Source: Anaerolineae bacterium
GTDB taxonomy: Bacteria > Chloroflexota > Anaerolineae > DRVO01
Direction of reading: 5' to 3'
Length of the DNA stretch: 46,843 nucleotides
NCBI GenBank assembly: GCA_028275325.1
Contig: JAPWUW010000001.1
Span: forward strand, 1-46,843
The translations under genes were made by a program, and so were the position numbers. The notes under the pieces are model-generated. The model did not search any database and was not told the DNA's origin. It worked only from the letters and a program-made list of their open reading frames with translations. Positions 7,142 to 17,086 of this stretch are shown here, piece after piece. Numbering within the stretch: the first letter of the stretch is position 1; each line of letters starts with the position of its first letter.

Positions 7142-10100
7142 TCATCCCCAGGCCACCCTGTAAACCTGCACAACGCCATTGTCGAAGACGCGCGCGAGCA
7201 CGCCCGCCTCCTCCAGGAGCAAAAGCTTCGCCAGCCCCTGCTCGCCGTAGGCGATCCGCTCCAGCTGGCCGACGTAAACGTAGCTCACTTTCAGCTCAGC
7301 AAGGGCAGCGAGCGCCTCCTGTGCATCCTGGGTTTCATAGAAGCGGCGCACAAGGGCGGCTCGCCTGCCAAGCGGCGCCTTGGGCCGCTGCTCTGCCTCG
7401 TGCTGAGGCCCAAGGGGAATGGGCAGGCCGGTGTAGGCCGCCACGCGGGAGCCGCCTTCCCTGTAGTAGCCAAGCGCAGCCTCCAGCACCACTGGGTTGC
7501 CAGGGACGTTGGCGCGCAGCCAGAGGAGCGCTTCCCTCTCCCCGGCAAGCGCTATGCGGCTCTCTGGCTGGGGCCAGGAATACTCCCCTACCGTCATGAA
7601 CGCCATGCCGTCCAGCGTCCCCAGCGCCGGCCGTGCATTGGGGAAGCGCTGCTCAAGGCGAGAAGCGCTCCCCAGCACGGGATACACCACGGCAAGCAAG
7701 AAGAGTATCGCCGCAATGGAGCGCCACCAATAGTCACGGGCAGGCCGATCCGCCCACCAGGCGGCAAGAAGGCTGCCACAGCCCAAGCCAAGCAAGGCCC
7801 ACGCCTGAAAGCCAAACTTGAAGACGGTATTCATCCGGTAAGCTGGCCCTTCGGCAAGCCAATCCCGCAGGAAGAAGAGCTCTGTCCCCAGCAGAATGAG
7901 CCACGCAAGCCCAGTGAGGCTGAGCGCCACCCTTTCCCCCTCGCTCCTGGATGCAGAGGCCGCAGCAAAGGCCAAAAGGCCAAGGGAGAGGCAGAGCGCC
8001 CCCGCCGCCCGGCCGGCGGCGACGAGAAGAGCAGCGCCCAGCACGCCGGCTCCAAGCGCCCAGCCAGCCTCCCGCAGCGGCCGCCGCAGCCCTGGCCGGG
8101 CCCCCGCCAGGGCCAAGAAGCGCGGCAGCCTTTCCCAATGCCTGGCAAGAGCGGCCAAAAGCCGCAGCACGCCGGCTTGCCCCCGTCCACGCTTGAGCAC
8201 CCACCACGACAGGCCGAGGCTTAGGTAGGCCTGCAAGCCCCAGAACCGCAGGAAGTGCACGAACGGGCTGCCAGCCTTGTTGAGCGCGAAGCCACTTGCC
8301 GGCTGCCGGTACCAGGAAAGGAAAGGGGCGAAGAGCAGCGCTCCAAGCGCCCCCACGGCCACCACTTGGCCAACCGAGCGCAGCAGCCCGGCCCAGCTCC
8401 AGCGCCCACTCCGGAAGAGGCCAGTCACGCCAAGGGCAGCCAAGAGGAGCGGCGCATCCCAGGTGTTGCCGGCGATGGCCATGCCCACAAGGATCGCCAG
8501 GAAAACGAGCCGCACCGCCGGCCAGAGCCTGTCCCTCTGCCCTCGCCCACATTCGAGGGCAAGCGCCAGGAAGGCAAGGACAAAGGGCAGGTTGAGGATG
8601 TGCGGGTGCAGATCTCCGTAAAGGAAGCTGAAGAAAGGGAACTCGTTTATCGTATCGGGGATGACGCGGCTCGGTGCCCAGAAGTCGTAGGCTGGGGGCG
8701 CTGCACCATGGGCGATGGCGGCAAGGAGGCCAGCAAGGAAGCGCGGCAACCAGCCGATGAGAGGCAGCTCTGCCCACCAGGAAGCCGGTGCCAGCTCCCC
8801 CCACCCGCGCACAAGCTGCAGCCCCCCATCCACATTGCCAAGAAGGCAGACGAGCGTGGCGGAGAGGAGCCCGCCCACGAGCTTCCGCCGGACGGCAAGG
8901 CTGGCCCCCAGCGCGAGAGCGCCCGCAGCCGCGAAGCTGAAAAGCGAGGCGAGCGCCAAGTTGAAGGCAACCTCTGGCCTCACCCCTGTGAGTTTCACCA
9001 AGCACGAGACCAGGTAGAGGCCATAGTAATAGTAGTTGATGTAGCCACCAGCGTAGAAAGGGTCATAAGGCGGCATTCTGGCGCTGCGCGCTATCGCCAG
9101 GAGAAACCCGAATTCCATCGGTCGCTCACCGCCCCACCATGGCTGCCACAGGTCTGGGTTGAGCAGCCGCACAAGCACCCAGAGCACATAGGCGCCCAGG
9201 CTCACGGACTCACTCAGAATCAGCTCCCCGCTGCGCGCGCGCAGCGTGGCCGCAAGCGCCCTCCACCGCCAGGCCGCCGTCAGCGCCCCCAGGGCGCCCA
9301 GCGCAACCAGGGCCCCGCCCAGGCTGCTGCCGCGGTTGGCGTGCAACCCGGCAGAGGAGAGAAGCCACACCGGGTAGGCAATGAGGGCAAGCCCAAGCGG
9401 GCGAGCAAAAGCCCACCCCGCCCCCCAGGCTGTGGGCGCAAGCGCCTGCAGCAGCGGCCAACAGGCAAGGCCAATCGCCGTCAGGACAAGCCACCACCAC
9501 GCGGCCGCAGGCAACCCGTCTTGGGCGAAACGGTTCCAGCCCCAATCCTGTACCACGGGGTATTCCTCCACGGGCACAGGAAGCAGCAACTCCTGCACTT
9601 TCTCCTGCGAGGCAAGCGCATCGTAGAAGAGCTCCCGCAGGTCTTCAGGCGGTATGGCCCGAACCTTCTTGAACACGAAGACGCGCGGGTGGTCGTATAC
9701 AGTGAAGCTCTCATCGGCCCTGTCGTCGACAATCTCAAGCGGGCCAAGGCGTGGGCGCGAGGTGAACTCCTTCTCGAGCGCAAAGCCAAGCTGCCCCGAG
9801 AAAAGCAGCTCGTAGTAGCGGTTGCTCACCGGGAAGCGATCCCGCAGGCGCGGCAGCCAGCCATAGAAGCGGTTGCTGCTCACAATGATGTAGTCGGCCC
9901 GCGTCAGCCGATCTACAAGCATCTCCACCTTGGCGGCATCATCCGGCTCCTGAAGGGGGAAGGATAGCACGCGGTACTCGCCAGGGCTGCGGTAGGCGCC
10001 ATTGAGCACCAGCGGATAGGGGATGAGGTCGTCCCATTCCTCCTGCGTGATGGTCGAGCCAGGCGGGATGTTGGCGTAAATCCACAGGGAGGCCTCATGC

Positions 10101-11389
10101 CGGGTGAAAGGGCGGTGGTAGATGCTGCTGAAGGCGAGGCTCCAGCAGATGCTGTAGACAAGGGCGAGGGCTCCCAGCCCCCAGAAGAGCCTGCGCAGGC
10201 GCGGCCACCGCGCTGCTGCGCTCGAGAGCGCTCCGGCCCCTAGGATGAGGAGCACACCCGTGAGCGGGGCCATGTAGCGCATGAACTTCACCATGAAGCT
10301 GCCGGTAATGAGAAAGTAAGGCAACGCCCAGGAGAGGAGCACCGACTCCTCATCCCGCGCACGGGAGCGCAACAAGCGCCAAGCCCCCCACGCGAGCCCA
10401 CCAAAGCCAAGTAGCCCCGGGAGCCAGCCCATCCCGAAGCGCAGCTGCTGCAGGATCTGGTAGATGTAGGCGGGAGTGCGCCGGTACTGGCGCGTGTAAG
10501 GGAAGTCGTAAATGCCCCGCACCATCTTGCTCTCAACGCCGACGCTCTCCAGGAACAGGCCGAAATCGAGGATGACGTACGGGCTGACAAGTGCGAACAC
10601 GAGCAGCCCAGCAATGGCGCTTGCCGCCGCCAGGCGCAACCTCTGGGAAGTGGGCCGCCGCAGCAGAAGGAATGTGGCTGCCCATGGCAGGAGAAGAGGC
10701 GCGGCGCTGCTCTTGCAGCCGAGGGCAAGCGCGACGCCCAGGCCCGCGCCAATGGCGCTGCCTGCGCCACCTCCCTGCAGCAACCGCACAAGGAAATAGA
10801 GCGCAAGCAACACGAAGAAGGCAAGGAGCGTATCCACCGCATAGAAGTGAGCAAGCTGAATGTGCATGACGGTGAACGTAAAGAGCGCTGCGGCCAGAAC
10901 CCCCGCCGGCCGCCCGTAGAGCCTGCGCCCAAGCGCGTAGGCGACTGCTATCGCACCAGCATCGAAAAGAGCGCTCAGCACCCGGCCGAGAAGCGTCATG
11001 TGAAGGTGGTCGTCCATGCGCGCCAATTCCTGCACTGCAGGCCTGCCCTCCCCGAGCAGGGCGGCAGCGGGCCCGCTCAGGGCCTTCAGCGCGGCAGCCA
11101 GGCCGCGCACGAGGTACAGGGGCATGTGCCCGTAGGCAAAGCGCTCCGGCTGTCTATGGCCACTCCCATCGGGGCGAAAGAAGGGGTTGAGCGTGGAACG
11201 GCGCGGATCCAGGAGATCTGCAGGGGCTTGCGGCCACTCCAGCGTGGCCGCGACCATCATTATGTGGCGCTCATCCGGGTGAGCGGAGTGGCCATGATCC
11301 CAGTTGACCTTCTGCAGGCGCAAGAGCAGCCCGAAAGCGACAAGCAGCAACAACGCCAACCGGTGCACAATGCCAGCTCGGCAGCGCAA
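7142..11389 (-). CDS. 1415-aa polytopic membrane protein: N-terminal GT39/PMT_2 (ArnT-like GT-C) region fused to a DUF2298 / Chlor_Arch_YYY domain
   Basis: The N-terminus is MRCRAGIVHRLALLLLVAFGLLLRL...HPDERH, followed by many TM helices typical of ArnT/PMT-type GT-C enzymes. The central signature PFYAGGYINYYYYGLYLVS is the YYY motif of the DUF2298/TIGR03662 family. TTG start with a GAGGGGTG SD 7 nt upstream. Confidence 0.85.
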   Translation of the reverse strand: MRCRAGIVHRLALLLLVAFGLLLRLQKVNWDHGHSAHPDERHIMMVAATLEWPQAPADLLDPRRSTLNPFFRPDGSGHRQPERFAYGHMPLYLVRGLAAALKALSGPAAALLGEGRPAVQELARMDDHLHMTLLGRVLSALFDAGAIAVAYALGRRLYGRPAGVLAAALFTFTVMHIQLAHFYAVDTLLAFFVLLALYFLVRLLQGGGAGSAIGAGLGVALALGCKSSAAPLLLPWAATFLLLRRPTSQRLRLAAASAIAGLLVFALVSPYVILDFGLFLESVGVESKMVRGIYDFPYTRQYRRTPAYIYQILQQLRFGMGWLPGLLGFGGLAWGAWRLLRSRARDEESVLLSWALPYFLITGSFMVKFMRYMAPLTGVLLILGAGALSSAAARWPRLRRLFWGLGALALVYSICWSLAFSSIYHRPFTRHEASLWIYANIPPGSTITQEEWDDLIPYPLVLNGAYRSPGEYRVLSFPLQEPDDAAKVEMLVDRLTRADYIIVSSNRFYGWLPRLRDRFPVSNRYYELLFSGQLGFALEKEFTSRPRLGPLEIVDDRADESFTVYDHPRVFVFKKVRAIPPEDLRELFYDALASQEKVQELLLPVPVEEYPVVQDWGWNRFAQDGLPAAAWWWLVLTAIGLACWPLLQALAPTAWGAGWAFARPLGLALIAYPVWLLSSAGLHANRGSSLGGALVALGALGALTAAWRWRALAATLRARSGELILSESVSLGAYVLWVLVRLLNPDLWQPWWGGERPMEFGFLLAIARSARMPPYDPFYAGGYINYYYYGLYLVSCLVKLTGVRPEVAFNLALASLFSFAAAGALALGASLAVRRKLVGGLLSATLVCLLGNVDGGLQLVRGWGELAPASWWAELPLIGWLPRFLAGLLAAIAHGAAPPAYDFWAPSRVIPDTINEFPFFSFLYGDLHPHILNLPFVLAFLALALECGRGQRDRLWPAVRLVFLAILVGMAIAGNTWDAPLLLAALGVTGLFRSGRWSWAGLLRSVGQVVAVGALGALLFAPFLSWYRQPASGFALNKAGSPFVHFLRFWGLQAYLSLGLSWWVLKRGRGQAGVLRLLAALARHWERLPRFLALAGARPGLRRPLREAGWALGAGVLGAALLVAAGRAAGALCLSLGLLAFAAASASRSEGERVALSLTGLAWLILLGTELFFLRDWLAEGPAYRMNTVFKFGFQAWALLGLGCGSLLAAWWADRPARDYWWRSIAAILFLLAVVYPVLGSASRLEQRFPNARPALGTLDGMAFMTVGEYSWPQPESRIALAGEREALLWLRANVPGNPVVLEAALGYYREGGSRVAAYTGLPIPLGPQHEAEQRPKAPLGRRAALVRRFYETQDAQEALAALAELKVSYVYVGQLERIAYGEQGLAKLLLLEEAGVLARVFDNGVVQVYRVAWG

Positions 11390-11566
11390 TGATCATCACC
11401 CCTCTGCGGCACGCAATATGCAAGCATTCTAGCCACGGGCCCCGGGAGCAGCAATGCGAAGGGAGCAGTTGCCGGCAGCCTGCTTCACCACTATCATTTG
11501 CGGTGGGCGGGCCGGGAAGCCAACCCCAGGCTCGCCTTCGGCTTTGTTGGGCGGAGGAGCTAGCTC

Positions 11567-13198
11567 ATGAAGTATATCTTCTGCACGGGCGGTGTAGTTA
11601 GTTCTGTGGGCAAGGGCGTCACAGCTGCCTCCGTTGGGCACCTCCTCAAGGCAAGGGGGCTGCGCGTCTCGGCACAGAAGCTGGACCCATACCTCAACGT
11701 GGACCCCGGCACAATGAGCCCCTATCAGCACGGCGAGGTTTTCGTCACCGAAGACGGTGCAGAAACCGACCTGGACCTTGGCCACTACGAGCGCCTGATC
11801 GACACCAACCTCACGAAGGAAAGCAACGTCACGAGCGGCCAGATCTACCAGGCCGTGATCAGCAAGGAGCGGCGTGGCGATTACCTCGGCGGGACGATCC
11901 AGGTCATCCCACACGTCACGAACGAGATCAAACGGCGCATCATGGCTGTGGGCAAGGCCACTCAGGCCGATGTCGTCATCGTGGAGGTTGGTGGAACCGT
12001 GGGCGACATCGAGGGCCTTCCCTTCCTGGAGGCCATCAGGCAGATGCGCAAGGACGTTGGCCGCGAGAACACCCTCTACATTCACGTGACGCTTCTGCCT
12101 TACATTGGAAGCACTGGCGAGCTCAAGACCAAGCCCACCCAGCACAGCGTCCGCGAGCTGCGCGGCATCGGCATCCAGCCCGACATCATCGTCTGCCGCA
12201 GCGATTACCCCGTGCCGGATTCGCTGCGCCAGAAGATCGCGCTCTTTTGCGATGTCGACGAGGAGGCCGTGATCCCGCTTGTGACGGCCAGCACCATCTA
12301 CGAGGTGCCGCTCATGCTTGCGCAGTGGAACATAGCAGAGCTGATACTCGAGCGGCTCAACCTCCAGGCTGCCACGAGCGACCTCACCGACTGGGCCAAG
12401 CTCGTCGCCGAGATCCGCCGCCCCAAACCACCAGTGCATATCGGCATTGCCGGCAAATACGTTGAGCTGCACGATGCTTACCTCAGCGTGCGCGAGGCTC
12501 TCTTCCACGCCGCCGTCCATGCCGGCCGAGAGCTCAAGCTGCACTGGATCGCCGCCGAAGAGCTGGAGCGCCGCCCGGCCGACGAGCTCTTGGGCGGCCT
12601 GGATGGCGTTGTCGTGCCCGGCGGCTTTGGGGACCGGGGCATAGAGGGCAAGATCGCCGCTGCCCGCTACGCGCGCACCACCGGCCTGCCGTACCTTGGC
12701 CTGTGTCTGGGCATGCAGGTCATGGTGATCGAGCTCGCCCGCGCCGCCCTCGGCTCCGACGAGCCCAACAGCACCGAGTTCGATATCAACACCCGCTACC
12801 CGGTGATCGACCTTCTGCCGGAGCAGCGAGGCGTGGTCGACCTGGGCGGGAGCATGCGGCTGGGGGCCTACCCTTGCGTCCTGGTGCCTGGCACAAAAGC
12901 GGCTGCGGCCTACGGCACCGACCTAGTTTACGAGCGGCACCGGCATCGCTTTGAGCTCAACAACGAGTACCGCGGCCTGCTCGCAAGCGCCGGCATGGTC
13001 TTCAGCGGGCTCTCGCCCGATGGCCGGCTCGTCGAGATCGCCGAGATTGCCGACCACCCGTGGATGGTTGGCTGCCAGTTTCACCCGGAGTTCAAATCCC
13101 GCCCGCTGCGGCCGCACCCGCTCTTCCGCGCCTTCATCGCCGCCGCTGTCCAACGGCAGCGGGAGCGGGTGGGCGAGGCCATGGCAGCTGCTTCCTAG
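11567..13198 (+). CDS. pyrG: CTP synthase
   Basis: [34 protein letters not shown]...[40 protein letters not shown]... plus a C-terminal glutaminase domain (GLCLGMQ, HRHRFE). GGAGGAG RBS. Confidence 0.97.
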   Translation: MKYIFCTGGVVSSVGKGVTAASVGHLLKARGLRVSAQKLDPYLNVDPGTMSPYQHGEVFVTEDGAETDLDLGHYERLIDTNLTKESNVTSGQIYQAVISKERRGDYLGGTIQVIPHVTNEIKRRIMAVGKATQADVVIVEVGGTVGDIEGLPFLEAIRQMRKDVGRENTLYIHVTLLPYIGSTGELKTKPTQHSVRELRGIGIQPDIIVCRSDYPVPDSLRQKIALFCDVDEEAVIPLVTASTIYEVPLMLAQWNIAELILERLNLQAATSDLTDWAKLVAEIRRPKPPVHIGIAGKYVELHDAYLSVREALFHAAVHAGRELKLHWIAAEELERRPADELLGGLDGVVVPGGFGDRGIEGKIAAARYARTTGLPYLGLCLGMQVMVIELARAALGSDEPNSTEFDINTRYPVIDLLPEQRGVVDLGGSMRLGAYPCVLVPGTKAAAAYGTDLVYERHRHRFELNNEYRGLLASAGMVFSGLSPDGRLVEIAEIADHPWMVGCQFHPEFKSRPLRPHPLFRAFIAAAVQRQRERVGEAMAAAS

Positions 13199-14064
13199 CC
13201 GCTGTAGAGCACAACCACCACGGCAAGGGACCAGAGCAAGAGATCAAGCAAGAGCGGCCGGTCGTGCAGGACGATTTCTTCCGGCGCACCGCCCTTGCCC
13301 TCCACGTGCACCAGGTACAGGTAGCGGAAGAGGCCATAAACGACAAACGGGATCGTGAGCATCATCGTGTGGTTTTCCGGCAGGTTGGGGGCGGAAAAAG
13401 TGTAGAGCGAATAGGCCATGAGCGTTGCCGCCGTCACGATCATGCTCAGCTGATCCAGAAGCGGGAGCGTATAGCTCGCCAGAGCCGGCCGGTGGTTATG
13501 AGCGTTCTCAGCGAGCAGGATCTGTTCGTGGCGCCGCCGGTTTATGGCGATGAAGAGCGCAAGGAAAGTCGTGCACACATAGAGCCATGGGGAAAAGCGG
13601 GCCACATCGGCCACGGAAACGCCTGCCGCCACGCGCAGCACAAACCCAGCCGCGATCGCAAGCAGGTCCAGAATGACGTAATGCTTGAGCGCGAAGGAGT
13701 AGGCGACGTTGAGGAGCAAGTACCCAAGCGCAATCCCCCAAAAGGCCGGCCCGAGCAGGGCTCCCAGCCCAAGCCCCAGCAACGTGCACAGCACTGCCGC
13801 GGCCCTTGCGAGCGCCGGCGAGAGCCTGCCCGAAGGCAAAGGCCGGCTGCGCTTCTGCGGGTGGGCACGGTCCTTCTCGATATCCACAAGGTCGTTCATT
13901 ATGTACACCGCGCCCGAGATGAGGCAGAAGATGAGTACAGCAAGGAGCGACCGGCCAAGGTAAAGGGGCTGAAAGAGCTTGCCATCGAAGACTATAGCTG
14001 CGAGCACGAAAACCTGTTTGGCCCACTGCTTGGGCCGCATGGTGCGCAAGAGCTCGATGAGCAT
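13195..14064 (-). CDS. UbiA-family prenyltransferase, decaprenyl-phosphate 5-phosphoribosyltransferase (DPPR synthase)-like
   Basis: RPKQWAKQ near the N-terminus and [26 protein letters not shown] closely match the ND..D.E.DR.HP.KR.RP motif of Rv3806c-type enzymes. About 8 TM helices. Confidence 0.8.
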   Translation of the reverse strand: MLIELLRTMRPKQWAKQVFVLAAIVFDGKLFQPLYLGRSLLAVLIFCLISGAVYIMNDLVDIEKDRAHPQKRSRPLPSGRLSPALARAAAVLCTLLGLGLGALLGPAFWGIALGYLLLNVAYSFALKHYVILDLLAIAAGFVLRVAAGVSVADVARFSPWLYVCTTFLALFIAINRRRHEQILLAENAHNHRPALASYTLPLLDQLSMIVTAATLMAYSLYTFSAPNLPENHTMMLTIPFVVYGLFRYLYLVHVEGKGGAPEEIVLHDRPLLLDLLLWSLAVVVVLYSG

Positions 14065-14214
14065 GGGCTCCCCGAGAAGCCAAAGCTAGCAACCAAAGCC
14101 AGGCCATGATATGGTAGCGGGCGGGCACGGGTCAAGAACCGCTTGGCCCACGCTCCGCACGATGCTTGCGCGCGGGGAAGGTGCGACTTCAGGTTGCCAA
14201 GGGGGGTGAAGGCG

Positions 14215-15189
14215 ATGAGCGCAGATTATACAGCGCTGGATTTGCGGCCCTACCAGTTGGTGCAGATCGTCGCCGCCATCGGTGCCGGTCGGCAAAGCTT
14301 CGGCAGCGAGCGGCTCAATCGAGTGGTGCAGGCGATCAGGGAGAGGCCTTTCACTCCTATCCGCTTGCGCGCCAATGTGAGCAGCATCCACGCTTTTCAG
14401 AACCCCGGCCACGATGAGGATACACCCGGTGGGCCGCTTTTCAACACCAAACGGGACCTCGATATCCTCCAGCGGCTGGGGCTGACGCCGGGGATCGTCA
14501 TGCCGGCCATTGATCTCTTCGACCTGCTCCTCAGCGCCATGCCGCACGTTGAGGACATCACGGGCTACCGGAAGGACCGCCGCGGTTGCTGGCCCACCTC
14601 TGCGCAGGAGGCGGACGATTACGCCCGGGGTGTTGCCATGGGGCTCGGCGCTATTTTCCGCTTGCGTTCAAGCGAGGAAAGGGCTCAGGCCAAGCGCGAA
14701 TCCGTGGCGGCCATCGAAAGTGCCGAGTCCTTGCGCATTCGCCCTCACCACCTCATGTGCATGACCTGCTTCTACGGCGAGCGCCTCGGCAAGTTGGCGC
14801 CTATCGAGGAGGACAACCTTTGCGAGCTCATTGTGGCCATCCAGCGCCGCCCGGATATCCCCATCACACTGGTTGAGGGGCCCTGCATGGTCTGCCCACC
14901 CTGCTCCTTCTACGACCCCCAGTCCAAGCTCTGCTACCTGCGCATAGGCATCGGATTGCGCGATGAGAAAAAGGACCTTGACGTGCTCGAGCTTCTGTGC
15001 CTCAGCTACGGCGACACGCTCCCAGCGCGGCAGCTGCTTTCGCTCTTATACGAACGGATCCCCTCCACCAGGCTTGTCTGCGGCTATGGCGACGGGCGCG
15101 AACGCAGCCCTTCCTGGCGCATTTGCGATAGCCCCGAGGGCAGCGAGCGCTACCGCAGGGGGCGGGAGGCTGGGCTCGGGGTGCTTTAG
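14215..15189 (+). CDS. DUF1284-like cysteine-rich protein with an internal duplication (degenerate N-terminal copy + canonical C-terminal copy)
   Basis: C-terminal half: LRIRPHHLMCMTCFYGE...ITLVEGPCMVCPPCSFYDPQSKLCY...DEKKDLDVLELLCLSYGDTL is the DUF1284 pattern. N-terminal half: LDLRPYQLVQIVAAIGAG...IRLRANVSS...TKRDLDILQRLGLTPG has the same layout but no Cys or His. The ATG at 14215 is preceded by AAGGGGGGTGAAGG. Confidence 0.6.
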   Translation: MSADYTALDLRPYQLVQIVAAIGAGRQSFGSERLNRVVQAIRERPFTPIRLRANVSSIHAFQNPGHDEDTPGGPLFNTKRDLDILQRLGLTPGIVMPAIDLFDLLLSAMPHVEDITGYRKDRRGCWPTSAQEADDYARGVAMGLGAIFRLRSSEERAQAKRESVAAIESAESLRIRPHHLMCMTCFYGERLGKLAPIEEDNLCELIVAIQRRPDIPITLVEGPCMVCPPCSFYDPQSKLCYLRIGIGLRDEKKDLDVLELLCLSYGDTLPARQLLSLLYERIPSTRLVCGYGDGRERSPSWRICDSPEGSERYRRGREAGLGVL

Positions 15190-15218
15190 CTCTCTTGGGG
15201 TGCCGGCCTGAGCACGTT

Positions 15219-15249
15219 TTGTGCGGTTTTCGGCTCTCGAGCCTATAAT
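15219..15249 (+). promoter_or_regulatory. Candidate promoter of the yceD-rpmF-fab operon (-35 TTGTGC, 19-nt spacer, -10 TATAAT)
   Basis: A perfect TATAAT lies at 15244-15249, 17 nt upstream of the yceD ATG. The -35 is weak and the spacer is long. Confidence 0.3.
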
Positions 15250-15266
15250 GATGTTTTGGAGGAGCG

Positions 15267-15794
15267 ATGGAATACAATGTGGCCGGGCTCCTCAGAGCAC
15301 CTCATGGCGAGACGCGCCATCACGAGGTGGATGAAGAGCCCTCTTTTGCGTTGATTGGTGCCCGGCTGACGGGGCACATCGTCGGGTCCGTGGACCTGAT
15401 GCGCACCCAGCAGGGCGTTCTTGTGCAGGCAGATCTCCAGGTCGAAGCTGAGGTTACCTGTGCTCGTTGCCTCCGTTCGGCGCAGACTGTCCTTGCTGTG
15501 CACATCAGCGAGGAGTTCCGCCCTTCGGTGGACATCCGCACTGGCATGCGGCTGTGGCCAGAGCCAGACGAGTTCATCGAGGACGAGCTCTTCCTTGATG
15601 AGCACCACGTGCTGCACCTGGACGAGGTCGTGCGCCAGGAACTGGAGGCGAGCATACCGATCAAGCCGCTTTGCCGGCCCGATTGCGCTGGCCTTTGCCC
15701 GCACTGTGGGGCCGACCTGAACGAAGAGCAGTGCCAGTGCGCCCAGCCGATAGATGTGCGCTGGGAAGCGCTGCGCCAGCTTCTGCACAATTAG
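15267..15794 (+). CDS. yceD: YceD/DUF177 family protein (23S rRNA accumulation protein)
   Basis: Cys pairs CARC and CRPDCAGLCPHCGADLN. Canonical position immediately upstream of rpmF. GGAGGA RBS. Confidence 0.85.
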   Translation: MEYNVAGLLRAPHGETRHHEVDEEPSFALIGARLTGHIVGSVDLMRTQQGVLVQADLQVEAEVTCARCLRSAQTVLAVHISEEFRPSVDIRTGMRLWPEPDEFIEDELFLDEHHVLHLDEVVRQELEASIPIKPLCRPDCAGLCPHCGADLNEEQCQCAQPIDVRWEALRQLLHN

Positions 15795-15839
15795 GCCGTC
15801 ACTTGCGCCTCATCTCAGTGTTATAGGAGCTAGATCCAA

Positions 15840-16031
15840 ATGGGAGCAGTACCGAAACGAAAACTTTCCAAAGGGCGGAGGGATCGCCGCCGCGCGCATG
15901 ACGCTTTGCGGCCTCTGCAGCTAGTGGAGTGCCCTCGCTGCCACGAGCAGCGGTTGCCGCACCACGTCTGCCCTTCTTGCGGCACTTACCGTGGCCGGGA
16001 GGTTGTAACCGTCGAGGAGGGCGCTTCCTAG
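15840..16031 (+). CDS. rpmF: 50S ribosomal protein L32 (zinc-ribbon form)
   Basis: MGAVPKRKLSKGRRDRRRAH...CPRC...CPSCGTYRGREV. Confidence 0.95.
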   Translation: MGAVPKRKLSKGRRDRRRAHDALRPLQLVECPRCHEQRLPHHVCPSCGTYRGREVVTVEEGAS

Positions 16032-16126
16032 GCCTTGCTTGGCAGGGTGCTCGGGCGGCAGGCCGTGCGCGCGTGCGCACGGCCTGCGCCTTTCCCAAAA
16101 CCGCTCCAGGGCAGGATGGAGGTGAG

Positions 16127-17086
16127 ATGATCCGCACACCGCTCTGTGACCTGCTTGGCATCAAGTACCCGATCATCCAGGGTGGTATGGCCTGGATAGC
16201 CACGGCCGAGCTGGCAGCCGCCGTCTCCGAAGCAGGGGGGCTGGGGGTCATTGGCGGGGGCGATTGCCCGCCTGAGTACGTGCGCCAGCAGGTTCGCCTG
16301 GCCAAGAGCCTGACGGACAAGCCCTTTGGCGTGAACATACCCCTCTTTTCCCCACATGTCGCACAGGTGATCGAGGTCTGCATCGAGGAAGGCGTGAAGG
16401 TTGTGTTCACCGGTGCCGGCAGCCCAGCCCAGTACGTGCCGCGCCTCAAGGAGGCGGGCATCGCCGTTATCCCGGTGGTGGCTTCGGTCGCCCTGGCAAA
16501 GCGGCTGGAGCGCTCTGGTGCTGACGCGCTCGTGGCCGAGGGGATGGAATCCGGCGGCCACGTCGGAGATGTGGGAACTCTCCCCCTTGTGCCCCAGGTG
16601 GTGGATGCTGTGCGCATCCCGGTGATTGCTGCCGGCGGCATTGCCGATGGGCGGGGCCTCGTGGCTGCCCTTGCTTTGGGGGCGCAGGGCATTCAGATGG
16701 GCACGCGTTTTGTGTGCACAACTGAGTGCATCGCCCACCCCAACTACAAGGAGCGGATCGTACGAGCGGGCGATCGGGCCACTGTTGTCACGGGCCACAG
16801 CCTTGGTCACCCAGTGCGTGCGCTGCGCAACCAGATGACGCGGGAGTTTGCGGAAATGGAAAAGCGCGGCTGCTCTGAAGAGGAGATCATCCGCTTTGGG
16901 ACTGGCCGGCTCCGCCGTGCGGCCCTCGAGGGCGATGTGGAAACGGGCTCCGTCATGTGCGGCCAGTCGTGCGGGCTCATAAACGACATCGTGCCTTGCG
17001 CTGTCGTGATCGAGCGCATCATGCAAGAGGCGGAGGAGTGCCTGCAGCGGCTGGGCCAGTACGTCATATCGGAGCAGGCGCGTTGA
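16127..17086 (+). CDS. fabK: Enoyl-[acyl-carrier-protein] reductase II (FabK; NPD/nitronate monooxygenase fold)
   Basis: MIRTPLCDLLGIKYPIIQGGMAWIATAELAAAVSEAGGLGVIGGG...KPFGVNI...VIPVVASVALAKRLERSGADALVAEGMESGGHVG...IPVIAAGGIADGRG...GTRF...HPNYKERI closely tracks streptococcal FabK as I recall it. It lies next to fabD and fabG. The ATG at 16127 follows GGAGGTGAG. Confidence 0.85.
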   Translation: MIRTPLCDLLGIKYPIIQGGMAWIATAELAAAVSEAGGLGVIGGGDCPPEYVRQQVRLAKSLTDKPFGVNIPLFSPHVAQVIEVCIEEGVKVVFTGAGSPAQYVPRLKEAGIAVIPVVASVALAKRLERSGADALVAEGMESGGHVGDVGTLPLVPQVVDAVRIPVIAAGGIADGRGLVAALALGAQGIQMGTRFVCTTECIAHPNYKERIVRAGDRATVVTGHSLGHPVRALRNQMTREFAEMEKRGCSEEEIIRFGTGRLRRAALEGDVETGSVMCGQSCGLINDIVPCAVVIERIMQEAEECLQRLGQYVISEQAR

